Notes under the pieces: model-generated
Told to the model about the DNA's origin: nothing
The model's database searches: none
Seen by the model: only the letters and a program-made list of their open reading frames with translations
From: Podarcis pityusensis
Lineage: Eukaryota
Direction: 5' to 3' (one strand)
Length of the DNA: 64,000 bases
NCBI GenBank assembly: GCA_964106645.2
Contig: OZ067049.1
Program-made: the position numbers and the translations under genes
Part shown: positions 26,209 to 37,725 of the stretch, piece after piece
Layout of the letters: every line of letters begins with the position of its first letter
Position numbering within the stretch: position 1 is the stretch's first letter

Positions 26209-26586
26209 AAGAAATGGGCTCCCAAATGTCTGTTTGGGTTAAAAGTAGGTCCTGGATCTCAAAAAGTTGAAGACTACTATGCTAGTCTTAAGGTGTATAT
26301 ACTTGAGTACAATGATCTTCAGTGTGCTAACCTTTGAGTGTTTCATGTTGGGGACTATTTTACAATAAATATCTCTCCATTTGAGAATGAGGTACTAAAG
26401 CCCCTATGACCAGGCCAGGACTATGGAATATCAAGAAGAAGCTCAGAATCATAAATTAGCTGCTGGCCAAATTTTGCCACCCAACTCCATAGGCCAAATA
26501 TTTTTTCTTAGAGGACTGACCTCAGCAAGGTTGTAAGTTATTTGACAAGTATCCCTAAAGGATAAGCCAAAATATGAACACTCTAC

Positions 26587-26747
26587 CTTAACAGGATGCA
26601 AATTGGTAGTTGTAATGATCTTATGCAGAGGTCCAGCTAACTTGACTGGCAGTTTGGGTTCTTTGTCAAGTCCTTGTGGTTTTGTATAGTAATCCAACCT
26701 TTCTCGAGGAAAGAAGTTGTTGATAACAGTGACACAGTCATGTTGAC
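26587..26747 (-). CDS. ANKMY2: ANKMY2 exon 5
   Basis: ttttag|GT...AAG|gtagag; QHDCVTVINNFFPRERLDYYTKPQGLDKEPKLPVKLAGPLHKIITTTNLHPVK. Confidence 0.95.
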
Positions 26748-26849
26748 CTAAAAAGAGAACCGTGCATCTTTTATGAAGATGAAGAACAATTACTTCACAC
26801 ATGAAGCACAAATCACAGAGGTTGTTCACCATTTAGAGGAAGTACTATA

Positions 26850-27094
26850 CAGTGGTACCTCAGGGGTTAAGTACTTAATTCGTTCTGGAGGTCTGTTCTT
26901 AACCTGAAACTGTTCTTAACCTGAAGCACCACTTTAGCTAATGGGGCCTCCTGCTGCCGCCGCGCCGCTGGAGCACAATTTCTGTTCCCATCCTGAAGCA
27001 AAGTTCTTAACCTGAAGCAATTATTTCTGGGTTAGCGGAGTCTGTAACCTGAAGCGTATGTAACCTGAAGCATATGTAACCCCAGGTATCACTG
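26850..27094. mobile_element. Tc1/mariner-pogo MITE
   Basis: CAGTGGTACCT...AGGTATCACTG, TA TSD, internal TAACCTGAAGC repeats. Confidence 0.85.
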
Positions 27095-28474
27095 TACTAA
27101 TAAACCACTGTGGAACTAAATGGAAATAGCTTCACACAGAGGCAATATTTCAAGGCTCAAGGCCTACCGTATATGTAATATGAAGTTTACAGAACTAAAC
27201 TAACTCACCTTTTCAGAGAACTTAGGATCTGATGGGCAAAGCGGCTTTTAAGACACATTATGAAACAGTTCTAAAGTTATTCCCACTTTTAAAGGTTTGT
27301 TTTAGTTGACTGCATGAACTAAATCTAAAAATGGTGCTGCTAACCAGTCAAAAATTTAATTATTCTGGAAGATATGACATTACATGACATTTCAAAGCAG
27401 CTCATATGAGATTGCATGATTGACGCGGGCTCACCTTTCAGCCAGCGGTAGAATGCTTAGTGATTACGCCTCATTAATAGGTGTTTTTTTTATATATTAG
27501 AAACAATGATTGCAAAGCTTCCAATGCAGACAGGCAATTACAGTGACTGAATCTCTGACGAAGTACTGACTGTTCAGATGTAGTGGATGTGATATGTGGG
27601 TGTAATTTTCCCCAAGTTGTAAGCAGATTCCTGCAATAAAGTGGTAGGTCTTTTGACTGGATCCACTAGTCTCCTTGTCTCACAATCCTCTTTGTGTCTG
27701 GGTTGTTTTTTTTATGTAATCATCAAAAGACTTGACTTTAGAACACTTAAAAAAAAAAAATTGGGTAAAAGGTCTCTCCTCACCAATCCTTCCAACCCCT
27801 TTGCCAGGAAAAACAAACAAAAATATATTCTTCTTCTTCATAGTCTATCCTTAAAAGGAAATACAGCTCAAAGAGCACCACCGTTTATTTATTTAAATAT
27901 ATATTTACATACAGTTATCAGCTCACGGAGGCTACTCCTGTCTAGCAAACTCCTCCCTGCTCCTAGTTAAAATCTTCCTTCTCAAAGGGGGAAGTCAGCA
28001 AGGGGAATGACAGGGAAGGCTGGCCACAAATGGAGCTAAACCCATTTTTGAGCTGGACTCAGATTTTTACCAAAAATCAGATGGTTGAGTTTGAAATAGA
28101 GCAGATTTCTTTCCTAATTATGAATTCAAAATTCCCCCTCCTGCTGCCAACTAATGTTAGAGAGCAATTTGAGAAAAGCAGCAATCACCCAACGAATATT
28201 TTTTAAATGTCTTCCCCTAGTTAAGAACCTGGTACTGAACACCCCGTTGCCAATAAACATTAAGTCAAATCAATCTCCATCTTCTCAGAGCCTTAATGGA
28301 GGGGTGAGGAACCTGCAGCACTCCACTTGTTGTTGGGCTGTATCTTTCATCTGCCCTAGGCAGCACGGCCAATAGTCAGGGATGATGGAGTCAAAGTCCA
28401 GCAACAGTTGGAAGGTCACAGGTTTCCCACCCTGGACTTCATGAAGGATAATTCAAAATGGCCGCTCCATTTAC

Positions 28475-28573
28475 CCACAAAGGCAGCCATCTGTGCTGCT
28501 GTCCTTCCCACTGAGTTCACGACATCTGTATCTGCTCCAGCCTCCAACATCATCCACGTAATTTCCTTGTTGC
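28475..28573 (-). CDS. ANKMY2: ANKMY2 exon 4 (ankyrin repeat)
   Basis: gtttag|GC...GTGG|gtaaat; NKEITWMMLEAGADTDVVNSVGRTAAQMAAFV. Confidence 0.95.
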
Positions 28574-28769
28574 CTAAACACAGAAGAGAACACCTTTCAT
28601 TTAGATTTCTCATAATGAGTCTGTATAAAAGTTTCAGCCATACAAGGTTTTTTTGGTGGGTCGCTGTAATGGCTTGTGAATGCTCTTCGCAAGAAATGCC
28701 TCTGCTCACTCAGAGATACATATATACAGTCTTTATTTTACATATGTACAAGCAGCACATTACAATCAT

Positions 28770-29078
28770 GCATCCGAATCCTCCGGCTCAGATTCTGGGA
28801 GTGACTTATGCCCGCCCCTTCTCCAACAGAAAAGGCAGGGAATTTTCATGTGATGTCTCTGTCCCCTCCTCTTTAACACTCTCCTTTCTTTGGCAGACGG
28901 AATAGGCATTGTTTCACTGTCTGTGCCAGAACTTCCTGTGTGGTGTTGAGGCTCTGGTTCAACATCTGTGAGCCATTCCGCCTCCTGGCTTTCCCCTCTT
29001 TCCTCAATCGCCACTTCCGGCCCCCCTTCCTCTGCCTGTCTCTGCTCCTCCCCTTCATTCTCTGGCAATACCATGACA
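28770..29078 (-). mobile_element. Possible LTR-retrotransposon LTR fragment
   Basis: Minus strand starts TGTCATGG and continues purine-rich with retained CpGs; no clear CA end or TSD. Confidence 0.3.
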
Positions 29079-30606
29079 GTCGCCCCCCTACAAGACATTA
29101 AACATTTCGTCCCTTGTAAATCTGCAGTTTAAGGCTGTTGCTACTGCTGCCGCCAGTAAACATTTAGAAAATGGGGAGCTGCTTTATACCGAGTCAGACA
29201 AGTGCTTCATCTGGCTGAGATGAATACTGTCTACACTGACTGGCAGCAGCTCTTCCAAGTTCCAGACACAGGTCTTTCTCAGCCCTATCTGGAAACACCA
29301 CAGATTGAGCCTGGGTCTTTCTGCAAGTGAAGAAGGTGCTTTTCCACAGAGCTACAGTCCTTATTCATCCCCAGTAGCTGGAAATGAAGATGCCATTTGC
29401 TTTCTCAAGGTTTCACCCAACCCTCTGTCTTGCCAGTATGAATAGATTCTGCACCAAGGCCTGATGGCTGCTCTAGCCTTCCCCAGTGGCATCACTTTCT
29501 GCTGTTATCTAATCCATCTTTGGAAATTGCTAAATTTTTTGCAGTAGGGAGTTCCATAGCTTAGCTTTCCATGAGCTAAGTTCATATATGTGCTCTGGAA
29601 GTATTATGACTCAGCCTCCTGATTTTAGGCAGAATTTTCTAACCCAGAGGTTCTAGGTGAAGAGCACATTATTTTATATTTCAGTGGGTACTGATGCCTC
29701 TCAAACTACTTTTTGCACATATCCTGTAATTTCTTTTACTGTATTCCGCACCCCAAGAGAAAACCACCAGTTTCTTTCCTCTCCTTCTCCATGGTCCTTT
29801 CACATTCACTTCTTCCTCCCATAACGACTTTCCTCTCTTATCTCCTTCCTTTCCCTCATGTTATTTTAATAATTCCTATTGGCATTTCCTTTCACGTTCT
29901 TATTCCTTCAACGCTTTCACCACCTCTTTCCCCTCAGAGAGGCCTTCTTACTCCCACAATCTGATATATGCATTCACAAATATTGTTTGCTATTCATGCT
30001 TCTACCTTTTGCTAGAGAGAGACACACACATTTAATAGACCCTGAAATCTAAACCATATTTTTTAAAATAAAGATGTTACCCTTTAAGGGTATATTCCAG
30101 CTAAGCCCAAGAACAACACCTGGATGGCTGATGTTTGATTTTATTGGTTTAAAGAACAAAGAAAAACCCTGACAATTAATATGGACACACAATATAAATA
30201 CTGTACTCTGCTATACCTGTAACACCTTAAATGGCTCAAGGACCGCCTCTCCCCATATGAACTGACCCTGCAATCATCATCTGAGGCCCTTCTTCAAGTG
30301 CCTCCTCCATGAGAGGTCCAGAGGGTGAAAGATATCCAAGAGCAAAGCTGGGTCCTCAGAGTTGTCTGATTAGCTATTAATTCTACCCCAATTTTCCAGT
30401 AAAAGACTATCAGTGGCTTACAATAAAAACAGTATTTGGTTAAGAAAAGAAAAGCAATCTTGCCTATAAAGTAGAGGTAGACCTTACCTCTAACACATCA
30501 TCCTTTAACAAAAGATAAAAAATCTGCCTACACAAAGACACGAAGGATTCCTTTATCTGCACCAAGAAGCAGATGTAATTAACAACGGGGAAAACCTCAT
30601 AGATAC

Positions 30607-30745
30607 CTGAGAGCCCAGCAAACATCAGAGCCGTATATCCGTGTTCATGTTCATTGCAGTTAACATCAGCCCCATGCCGCAACAACAGTTTGCACACCTC
30701 AACTTTCCCTTTGTATGCCGCATGCATCAGAGGAGTCATGCCATG
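30607..30745 (-). CDS. ANKMY2: ANKMY2 exon 3 (ankyrin repeats)
   Basis: ccatag|CAT...TCAG|gtatct; HGMTPLMHAAYKGKVEVCKLLLRHGADVNCNEHEHGYTALMFAGLS. Confidence 0.96.
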
Positions 30746-30870
30746 CTATGGAAAGAAAAAATAAATAGAGGACCTTCAAATATATCTGTTCGTTCTTCTC
30801 CAGTAGTATTTAAACACAAGCAAGCTACGCTTCTAAAATGAAAGGATAGCACTCCAAATACAGTATAGCC

Positions 30871-31114
30871 CAGGGGTCAGAAAACTTTTTTGGCAGGGGG
30901 CCGGTCCACTGTCCCTCAGACTTTGTGGGGGGCCGGACTATATTTTGAAGGGGGGGGGGACAAATTCCTATGCTCCACAAATAACCCAGAGATGCATTTT
31001 TAATCAAAGGACACATTCTACTCATGTAAAACTGATTACTGGACCATCTGTGGGCTGGATTTAGAAGGCGATTGGGCCGGATCCGGCCCCCAGGCCTTAG
31101 TTTGCCTACCTATG
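30871..31114. mobile_element. hAT-type MITE
   Basis: 8-bp TSD GTATAGCC at 30863-30870 and 31115-31122; family of 9394. Confidence 0.88.
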
Positions 31115-32509
31115 GTATAGCCTTTTTGATGTTCACTTTGCTGCATTTGAATACTCTTTAACTATATATTCTTTCAACAAAATCCAGCTTTTAGAAAACC
31201 AACTACGTCTCCAATTTAGCAGAGGATACCTTTGTACACATTCAGCTTCAGTGTAAGCTACTAATGAGAAGGAAACTTCAGCTACCATTGCATGCCTTTC
31301 TATGTGGGCAACTGCAATTCTTCCCCACCCCGCACACCCATCAATACTTATGAAAATTATACTAATGACTATATTAATGAAAAGCTTTTCAGTTTTGCTT
31401 TTGGAGTAGCTAGTATGACTTAGTGTATCAGCGAATAATAGAGCCCCCTTACTTGTACTGGAGATAGGAGCAATTAAGTTGCAAAGCATCAATAATAAAT
31501 ATTTCTTTAGATTATTAAAAAGGGGGGGGGGAGTAGAATGAACACTGAAGTGTTTAAGCTTTTAATTCCTAGGCAACTATTCTAATAATAATCTGAAGTA
31601 TTAATAAAAGTATTAGTAAGATTTGTTTTTTTCAAAAATGTGCACATCAGTTGCTTTCACACAATTAACAACATGTCTAATTTGGTGGGAAACCACACAA
31701 TTCTCTGAGGAGAGTAACAGCTGCAAGCAGGGAGACCTGCAAAGGACCTCTTTATATTTGAGTTTGCAGTATGGCAATTTATATAATAGGCAAGTTTTAT
31801 ATTTGGGAAGCCATGTGGGAGAGATGGATCATTACCAGTTTTGGGTAGTTTCTTTAGCTGCAGGCACTGGTGAAAAACCTGTCATTTTAAGCAGCAGTTC
31901 ACACACACTCTCTGTTATGAATCATACATTTGTTAAGCCAGAAATGAACAATGGCATTTAGGACCTCTGCTTCCATTGTTTCTCATTTCCAGCAGCTCCC
32001 TTTGCTTTGTGTTCTTTTCTAAAGAGATTAAAATGCTTAAATTCAGGGAGACTTGCTCAAATTATACACACGAGTCTTCCACATGCTGAAAATATATTCC
32101 AAGCAGTGGGATGAAATTTTGCGCATTAAGGAGCAATGAGGTATTTGTACAGACCACCTGTACAGGAAGCCAACTCTAGAGTGGTGCCCTTTTCCCTGCC
32201 TTAATCTGCTCCCTACGAATTGATAATGAGGATTAAAAAAAAAAGACAACCACCTGGCCTCAGAGCTGTATAGGAGAGCCAACTCACACATTATACAGCA
32301 CTTCTGGAAGACATTTGAAAAATAATCTCAGAAGTGGAGGAAAAAGCCAAGTAACTGGAAGACGGAACATGATGCTATACAAACAACATGTGGACAACCA
32401 ATATGAAGAAACCACAAAGTGAGTGCCTTATCATGTTATGTAAATATAGTGAGCTGGATTCAGATGAATAGGAATAAAACCGTCCCTGCCGGCAGACTTG
32501 CAATCAAAA

Positions 32510-32794
32510 GTCACATGGAAGAGGGAACAAGCTTGTTTTATCCTGCTACAGAGGGTAGAATTTGAAGCAAGGGCTTCAAGTTATAAGAAAGGGGATTCCA
32601 AGTAAACATCAGGAAAAAAACTTTCTGACTGTAAGAGATGTTTGACAGTGGAACAGGCTCCTTGAGTTGTGGACTCTCCTTCCTCGGAGGTTTTAAAGCA
32701 GAGGTTGGATGGCTATTTGTCATGGATGCTTTAGTTGAGATTCCTGCATTGCAGGGGATTGGACTAGATGACCCTTGGGGGTCCCTTTCAACTC
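32510..32794 (+). mobile_element. CR1 LINE 3' end, interrupted by the SINE pair; tail resumes at 33503
   Basis: ...GGAGGTTTTAAAGCAGAGGTTGGATGGC...GGACTAGATGACCC...GGTCCCTTTCAACTC typical CR1 3' terminus; TATAGTTGTATG tail after 33510. Confidence 0.8.
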
Positions 32795-32796
32795 AA

Positions 32797-33148
32797 TGAA
32801 GGTAAAGGGACCCCTGACCATTAGGTCCAGTCATGGCCGACTCTGGGGTTGCGGCGCTCATCTCGCTTTATTGGCCGAGGGAGCCGGCGTACAGCTTCCG
32901 AGTCATGTGGCCAGCATGACTAAGCCGCTTCTGGCGAATGAGAACAGCGCACGGAAACACTGTTTACCTTCCCGCCGGAGCGGTACCTATTCATCTACTT
33001 GCACTTTGATGTGCTTTTGAACTGCTAGGTTGGCAGGAGCAGGGACCGAGCAACGGGAGCTCACCCCGTTGAGGGGATTCGAACCGCTGACCTTCTGATC
33101 AGCAAGCCCTAGACTCTGTGGTTTAACCCACAGCGCTACCCACGTCCC
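32797..33148 (-). mobile_element. Sauria SINE (left member of tandem pair)
   Basis: Full-length body with B box (GGTTCGAATCC on the minus strand). Confidence 0.9.
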
Positions 33149-33150
33149 TG

Positions 33151-33500
33151 TAAGGGTAAAGGGTAAAGGGACCCCTGACCATTAGGTCCAGTCGCAGATG
33201 ACTCTGGGGTTGCGGTGCTCATCTCACTTTACTGGCCTAGGGAGCCAGCGTACAGCTTCTGGGTCATGTGGCCAGCATGACTAAGTCGCTTCTGGCGAAC
33301 CACAGCAGCGCACGGAAACACCGTTTACCTTCCCACTTGTGCAGTATCTATTTATCTACTTGCACTTTGATGTGCTTTCGAACTGCTAGGTTGGCAAGAG
33401 CTGGAACCGAACAAATGGAGCTCACCCCATTGCGGGGATTCAAACCGCCGACCTTCTGATCGGCAAGCTCAAGGCTCTGTAGTTTAGACCACAGCGTCCC
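33151..33500 (-). mobile_element. Sauria SINE (right member of tandem pair)
   Basis: Near full-length body directly abutting the left copy. Confidence 0.9.
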
Positions 33501-34291
33501 ACTTCAACTCTATAGTTGTATGAAAACAACATGACACAAAAAAGGAAAAGGGGATAAAGAAGATGAGAACAAGCTAACTTGGGCAACAGTTCTTAAAGAG
33601 TCATAGTAGTAGTTCTTATAAAGATCACCAGGAATGGAAACAGTTCAGAGAGAGAACCAAATGGTCTCTCAGCAGAGCTGATGGGAGTGGCCTCCTTCCC
33701 ATCCCCCCCCCCTGCTGGAGCCTGATGGAATGGCTGCTGTCCAGTGGTGGTTGATGGAGGAAGGGGCCTGATAAATGGGGTTTACAAGATCCCATTGAAA
33801 ACAGTGGGACAAGATAGTCAGAAATCCCACCGATTTATATGGAAACAACTAAATGAATCCAGATCTGTTCAACATCTCCTATTCATTCACTGCAGTTATT
33901 TAATAGTTGTTTTTGGGGCCAAGCCTTCACAAAGCAACATATAGGGGGTGGGGTGGGATGACAACAGAAGTGCAGGGAAAGTATGAAGCATTGAATGAAT
34001 ACAAGCAAATAGAGGCAAGGCGTATAATAAGATCACCAAAATTCTCTTAAGGCAAGGCAATAAATAGAAAAATGTAAGTTTTAAAGGCCTTTCTTGAATA
34101 ATGCTCTCCCTCACGCATTAAAAAGCAGCTCTTATTTTTCTCATTTATGTCTTTAGAAACATTCCTATGGTCCTTTTCTGTATAAAAACGATTCATCTGA
34201 AGGACATTCAATATTGAGTCCAGAATGGATCCACATGCCTCATCCCATGACAAAGTTACAGTGATCAAATGCAGCAATTGCCCCAGCAATT

Positions 34292-34546
34292 GAGAGCCAG
34301 TTTGGTGTAGTGGTTAAGAGCGGTAGATTTGTAATCTGGGGAACCGGGTTCGCGTCTCCACTCCTCTACATGCAGCTGCTGGGTGACCTTGGGCTAGTCA
34401 CACTTCTTTGAAGTCTCTCAGCCCCACTCACCTCACAGAGTGTTTGTTGTGGGGGAGGAAGGGAAAGGAGAATGTTAGCCGCTTTTAGACTCCTTCGGGT
34501 AGTGATAAAGCGGGATATCAAATCCAAACTCTTCTTCTTCTACTTC
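34292..34546 (+). mobile_element. tRNA-derived CORE-type SINE (Squam3-like)
   Basis: A box TGGTGTAGTGG, B box GGTTCG, CORE-like GCTGGGTGACCTTGGGC, (CTT)n tail. Confidence 0.82.
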
Positions 34547-34718
34547 CAGTACATTAGATACACTGCGCCCCTCCCAACAGGACAACATTTCCCACTGCAT
34601 ATTAAGCAGACCAGCAGCTTTGCAGAGTATTTCCCTCTATACTAGAGAAAGGATATTCCACATGGGGCTCACTGTGGAACTTGTCTGGTTATGAAACTGA
34701 ATACTTTTTTTCCAGGCA

Positions 34719-34960
34719 CAGTGGTACCTCTGGTTATGTACTTAATTCGTTCCAGAGGTCCGTTCTTAACCTGAAACTGTTCTTAACCTGAAGCACCACT
34801 TTAGCTAATGGGGCCTCCCACTGCAGCTGCACCACCGCCACGCGATTGCTGTTCTCATCCTGAAGCAAAGTTCTTAACCTGAGGTACTATTTCTGGGTTA
34901 GCGGAGTCTGTAACCTGAAGTGTATGTAACCTGAAGCGTATGTAACGCAAGGTACCACTG
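34719..34960. mobile_element. Tc1/mariner-pogo MITE
   Basis: CAGTGGTACCTC...AAGGTACCACTG; closely similar to 26850. Confidence 0.85.
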
Positions 34961-35593
34961 TACTGCATTAAGTAGTGATGAAGCAGGTTTTCTGGATGAT
35001 ATGGGAAATACTTTCCTAGGACAATTCTACAGCTGAACAGCTCCTGCCAAGATGAACTATTTCACTAAAAAATAAAATAAAATCAAAAACCTACAGTCAA
35101 AATCCAGCATGATATGAGGCAGACTTAACCCATTGACTCTGCACTGGATTCTGGCCAGTTTGCGAGAAGTTAGTTGCAAAAGCACAAAATGTGTTATGGT
35201 ACATATTCCCATGAGGAAGTTGATCCAAAAATATGCTGTACGCTTTTCCCCACAGTAACACTTTTGATAGACTCACCTCTGACCCACTCCCGCCTGCAAA
35301 AAAAAGTCTAACAGAAACAGCCAATTGCAACTACATTTTTATTACAGCCCACTATGTTTGTGAAATATTCAGTTATGTAATATGTTGCTTTCACTCCTCA
35401 ATCCATCATAAGGCCTTGGGAAAGTTGAGGTTTCAGAAATGTAATCTCAGAAGATGATAAATAAATCTGACATTAACAAAAGTTCAGGTCACTTTTCTAT
35501 CAGAAATAGAGGATTTCTTATTTTTTAAAAAAGCATTAGCTTACTTTGAAAAATTAAAGAGGATATTTCAGGTCCAAAAAAATCTGCATATTA

Positions 35594-37343
35594 CCGTATT
35601 TTTCGCTCTATAGGACGCACTTTTTCCCCTCCAAAAATGAAGGGGAAATGTGTGTGTGTCCTATGGAGCGAATGCAGGTTCCTTGGCTTCGCAGCGACGC
35701 GCCTGTCCTGGAAGCCGGAGGAGGAACAGAAGGGTCTCCTTCTGTTCCTTCTCCAGCTTCGCTGAAGGGGCACTGCACCTTCTCCCTCTCTGCGCAGCAC
35801 CTCTCCTGTGAAGGAGAGGCGCTGTGCAGAGAGAGAGAGGGCGTAGCGCCCCTTGAGCGACGCACCTGTCATGCGAAGCCGGAGGAGGAACAGAAGGGAC
35901 TCCTTCTGTTCCTCCTCCCACTTCGCAGCGACGCACCTATCCAGCGAAGCCCGAGGAGGAACAGAAGGGTCTCCTTCTGTTCCTTCTCCAGCTTCGCTGA
36001 AGGGGCGCTGCGCCTTCTCCCTCTCTGCGCAGCGCCTCTCCTGTGAAGGAGAGGCGCTGCGCAGAGAGAGAGAGAAGGCGCAGCGCCCCTTGAGCAACGC
36101 GCCTATCAAGCGAAGCCGGGGGAGGAACAGAAGGGTCTCCTGTTCCTCCTCCCGCTTGGCAGTGATGCGCCTGTCCTGGAAGCCGGAGGAGGAACAGAAG
36201 GGTCTCCTTCTGTTCCTTCTGCAGCTTCGCTGAAGGGCGCTGTGCCTTCTCCATCTCTGCGCAGCGCCTCTCCTGTGAAGGAGAGGTGCTGTGCAGAGAG
36301 AGAGAAGGCGTAGCGCCCCTTGAGCGATGCGCCTGTCATGAGAAGCTGGAGGAGGAACAGAAGGGACTCCTCCCGCTTCGCAGCGACGCGAAGCCCGAGG
36401 AGGAACAGAAGGGTCTCCTTCTGTTCCTTCTCCAGCTTCGCTGAAGGGGCGCTGCGCCTTCTCTCTCTCTCTCTGCGCAGCGCCTCTCCTTCATAGGAGA
36501 GGCGCTGCGCAGAGAGGGAGAAGGCGCAGTGCCCCTTGAGCAACGCGCCTACCAAGCGAAGCCGGAGGAGGAACAGAAGGGTCTCCTGTTCCTCCTCCCG
36601 CTTGGCAGCGACGCGCCTTTCCTGGAAGCCGGAGAAGGAACAGAAGGGTCTTCTTCTGTTCCTTCTCCAGCTTCGCTGAAGGGCGCTGCGCCTTCTCCCT
36701 CTCTGCGCAGCACCTCTCCTGTGAAGGAGAGGCGCTGCGCAGAGAGAGAGAAGGCGCAGCGCCCCATGAGCAACGCGCCTATCACGCGAAGCCAGAGGAG
36801 GAACAGAAGGGTCTCCTTCTGTTCCTTCTCCAGCTTCGCTGAAGGGCGCTGCGCCTTCTCCATCTCTACGCAGCACCTCTCCTGTGAAGGAGAGGCGCTG
36901 CGCAGAGAGAGAGAAGGCATAGCGCCCCTTGAGCGACGCGCCTTTCATGCGAAGCTGGAGGAGGAACAGAAGGGTCTTCTTCTGTTCCTTCTCCAGCTTC
37001 GCTGAAGGGGCGCTGCGCCCTCTCCCTCTCTGCGCAGCGCCTCTTCTGTGAAGGAGGGGCGCTGCACAGAGAGAAGGCGCAGTGCCCCTTCAGCGATGCG
37101 TCTGTCCTGGCTTCTGCTTTAGCCCTGCGCAGCCTCTTTGGGCAGGGGGAGCCTTCATCCCGCTGCCCTGAGGAGGCTTGGCGCAGTTACCCCAGAAGCC
37201 AGAACAGCCGCACGGTATCCCAGAAGCCAGATCCCTCTTGCTGTTCTGGCTTCTGGGGTTCATAATAATTTTTTCTTGTTTTCCGCCTCCCATAACTAGG
37301 TGCGCCCTATGGTCCGGTGCGCCCTATGGTGCGAAAAATACGG
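35594..37343. mobile_element. Non-autonomous Tc1/mariner-pogo element carrying an internal hairpin array
   Basis: TIRs CCGTATTTTTCGC.CTATAGG.CGCAC / GTGCGCCCTATGGTGCGAAAAATACGG, TA TSD at 35592-35593 and 37344-37345. Confidence 0.88.
35690..37110. repeat. GC-rich composite tandem repeat built from palindromic units
   Basis: About 11 copies of hairpin A (GAAGCCGGAGGAGGAACAGAAGG-gtct-CCTTCTGTTCCTTCTCCAGCTTC) and 7 of hairpin B (about 94 nt, loop TGTGAA). Confidence 0.92.
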
Positions 37344-37396
37344 TATACCTCTGTTCAGGCATGTTACACGAGTTCATTTTTAGCAGGGAATACTGA

Positions 37397-37554
37397 ATAC
37401 TTGCTTGAACGTAATCATTTTCCAGTATACTCAAGGGATACTTTCTGATTGCAGTATGTTAAACAGGTTTCCTTGATACTTGCTTGAACGTAATCATTTT
37501 CCAGTATACTCAAGGGATACTTTCTGACTGCAGTATGTTAAACAGGTTTCCTTG
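37397..37554. repeat. 79-bp direct tandem duplication
   Basis: Copies start at 37397 and 37476 with one mismatch. Confidence 0.92.
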
Positions 37555-37660
37555 ATAAGTATTATTTTGCTTATAGAAATCTGCCAGCCTTTGAATTCCC
37601 AATGTTTCTTTAATTTGACTCTACCCAATCTAGACACATATTTTGAGTCAAGTCTTTTAC

Positions 37661-37725
37661 CTCATCCAAACAATTCACACGGACATTCTTGCTGCCAAGC
37701 AGTCGTGCAGCTTCTTCAGGGCTTC
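37661..37725 (-). CDS. ANKMY2: ANKMY2 exon 2
   Basis: ccttag|GA...GAG|gtaaaa; SPEEAARLLGSKNVRVNCLDE. Confidence 0.93.

Noticed and set aside
27551-27580. CTGACGA hammerhead-like core
   Set aside because: No downstream GAAA or helix I pairing.
30598-30606. Possible U12-type donor GTATCT after ANKMY2 exon 3
   Set aside because: It reads GTATCTAT, not GTATCCTT, so it is treated as a U2 intron.
35591-37005. Many long overlapping ORFs on both strands
   Set aside because: By-product of a GC-rich palindromic repeat; repetitive peptides, frameshifts between units and no exon structure.
35690-37110. CRISPR-like array
   Set aside because: Vertebrate DNA, no unique spacers and no cas genes; units are tandem copies inside a transposon.
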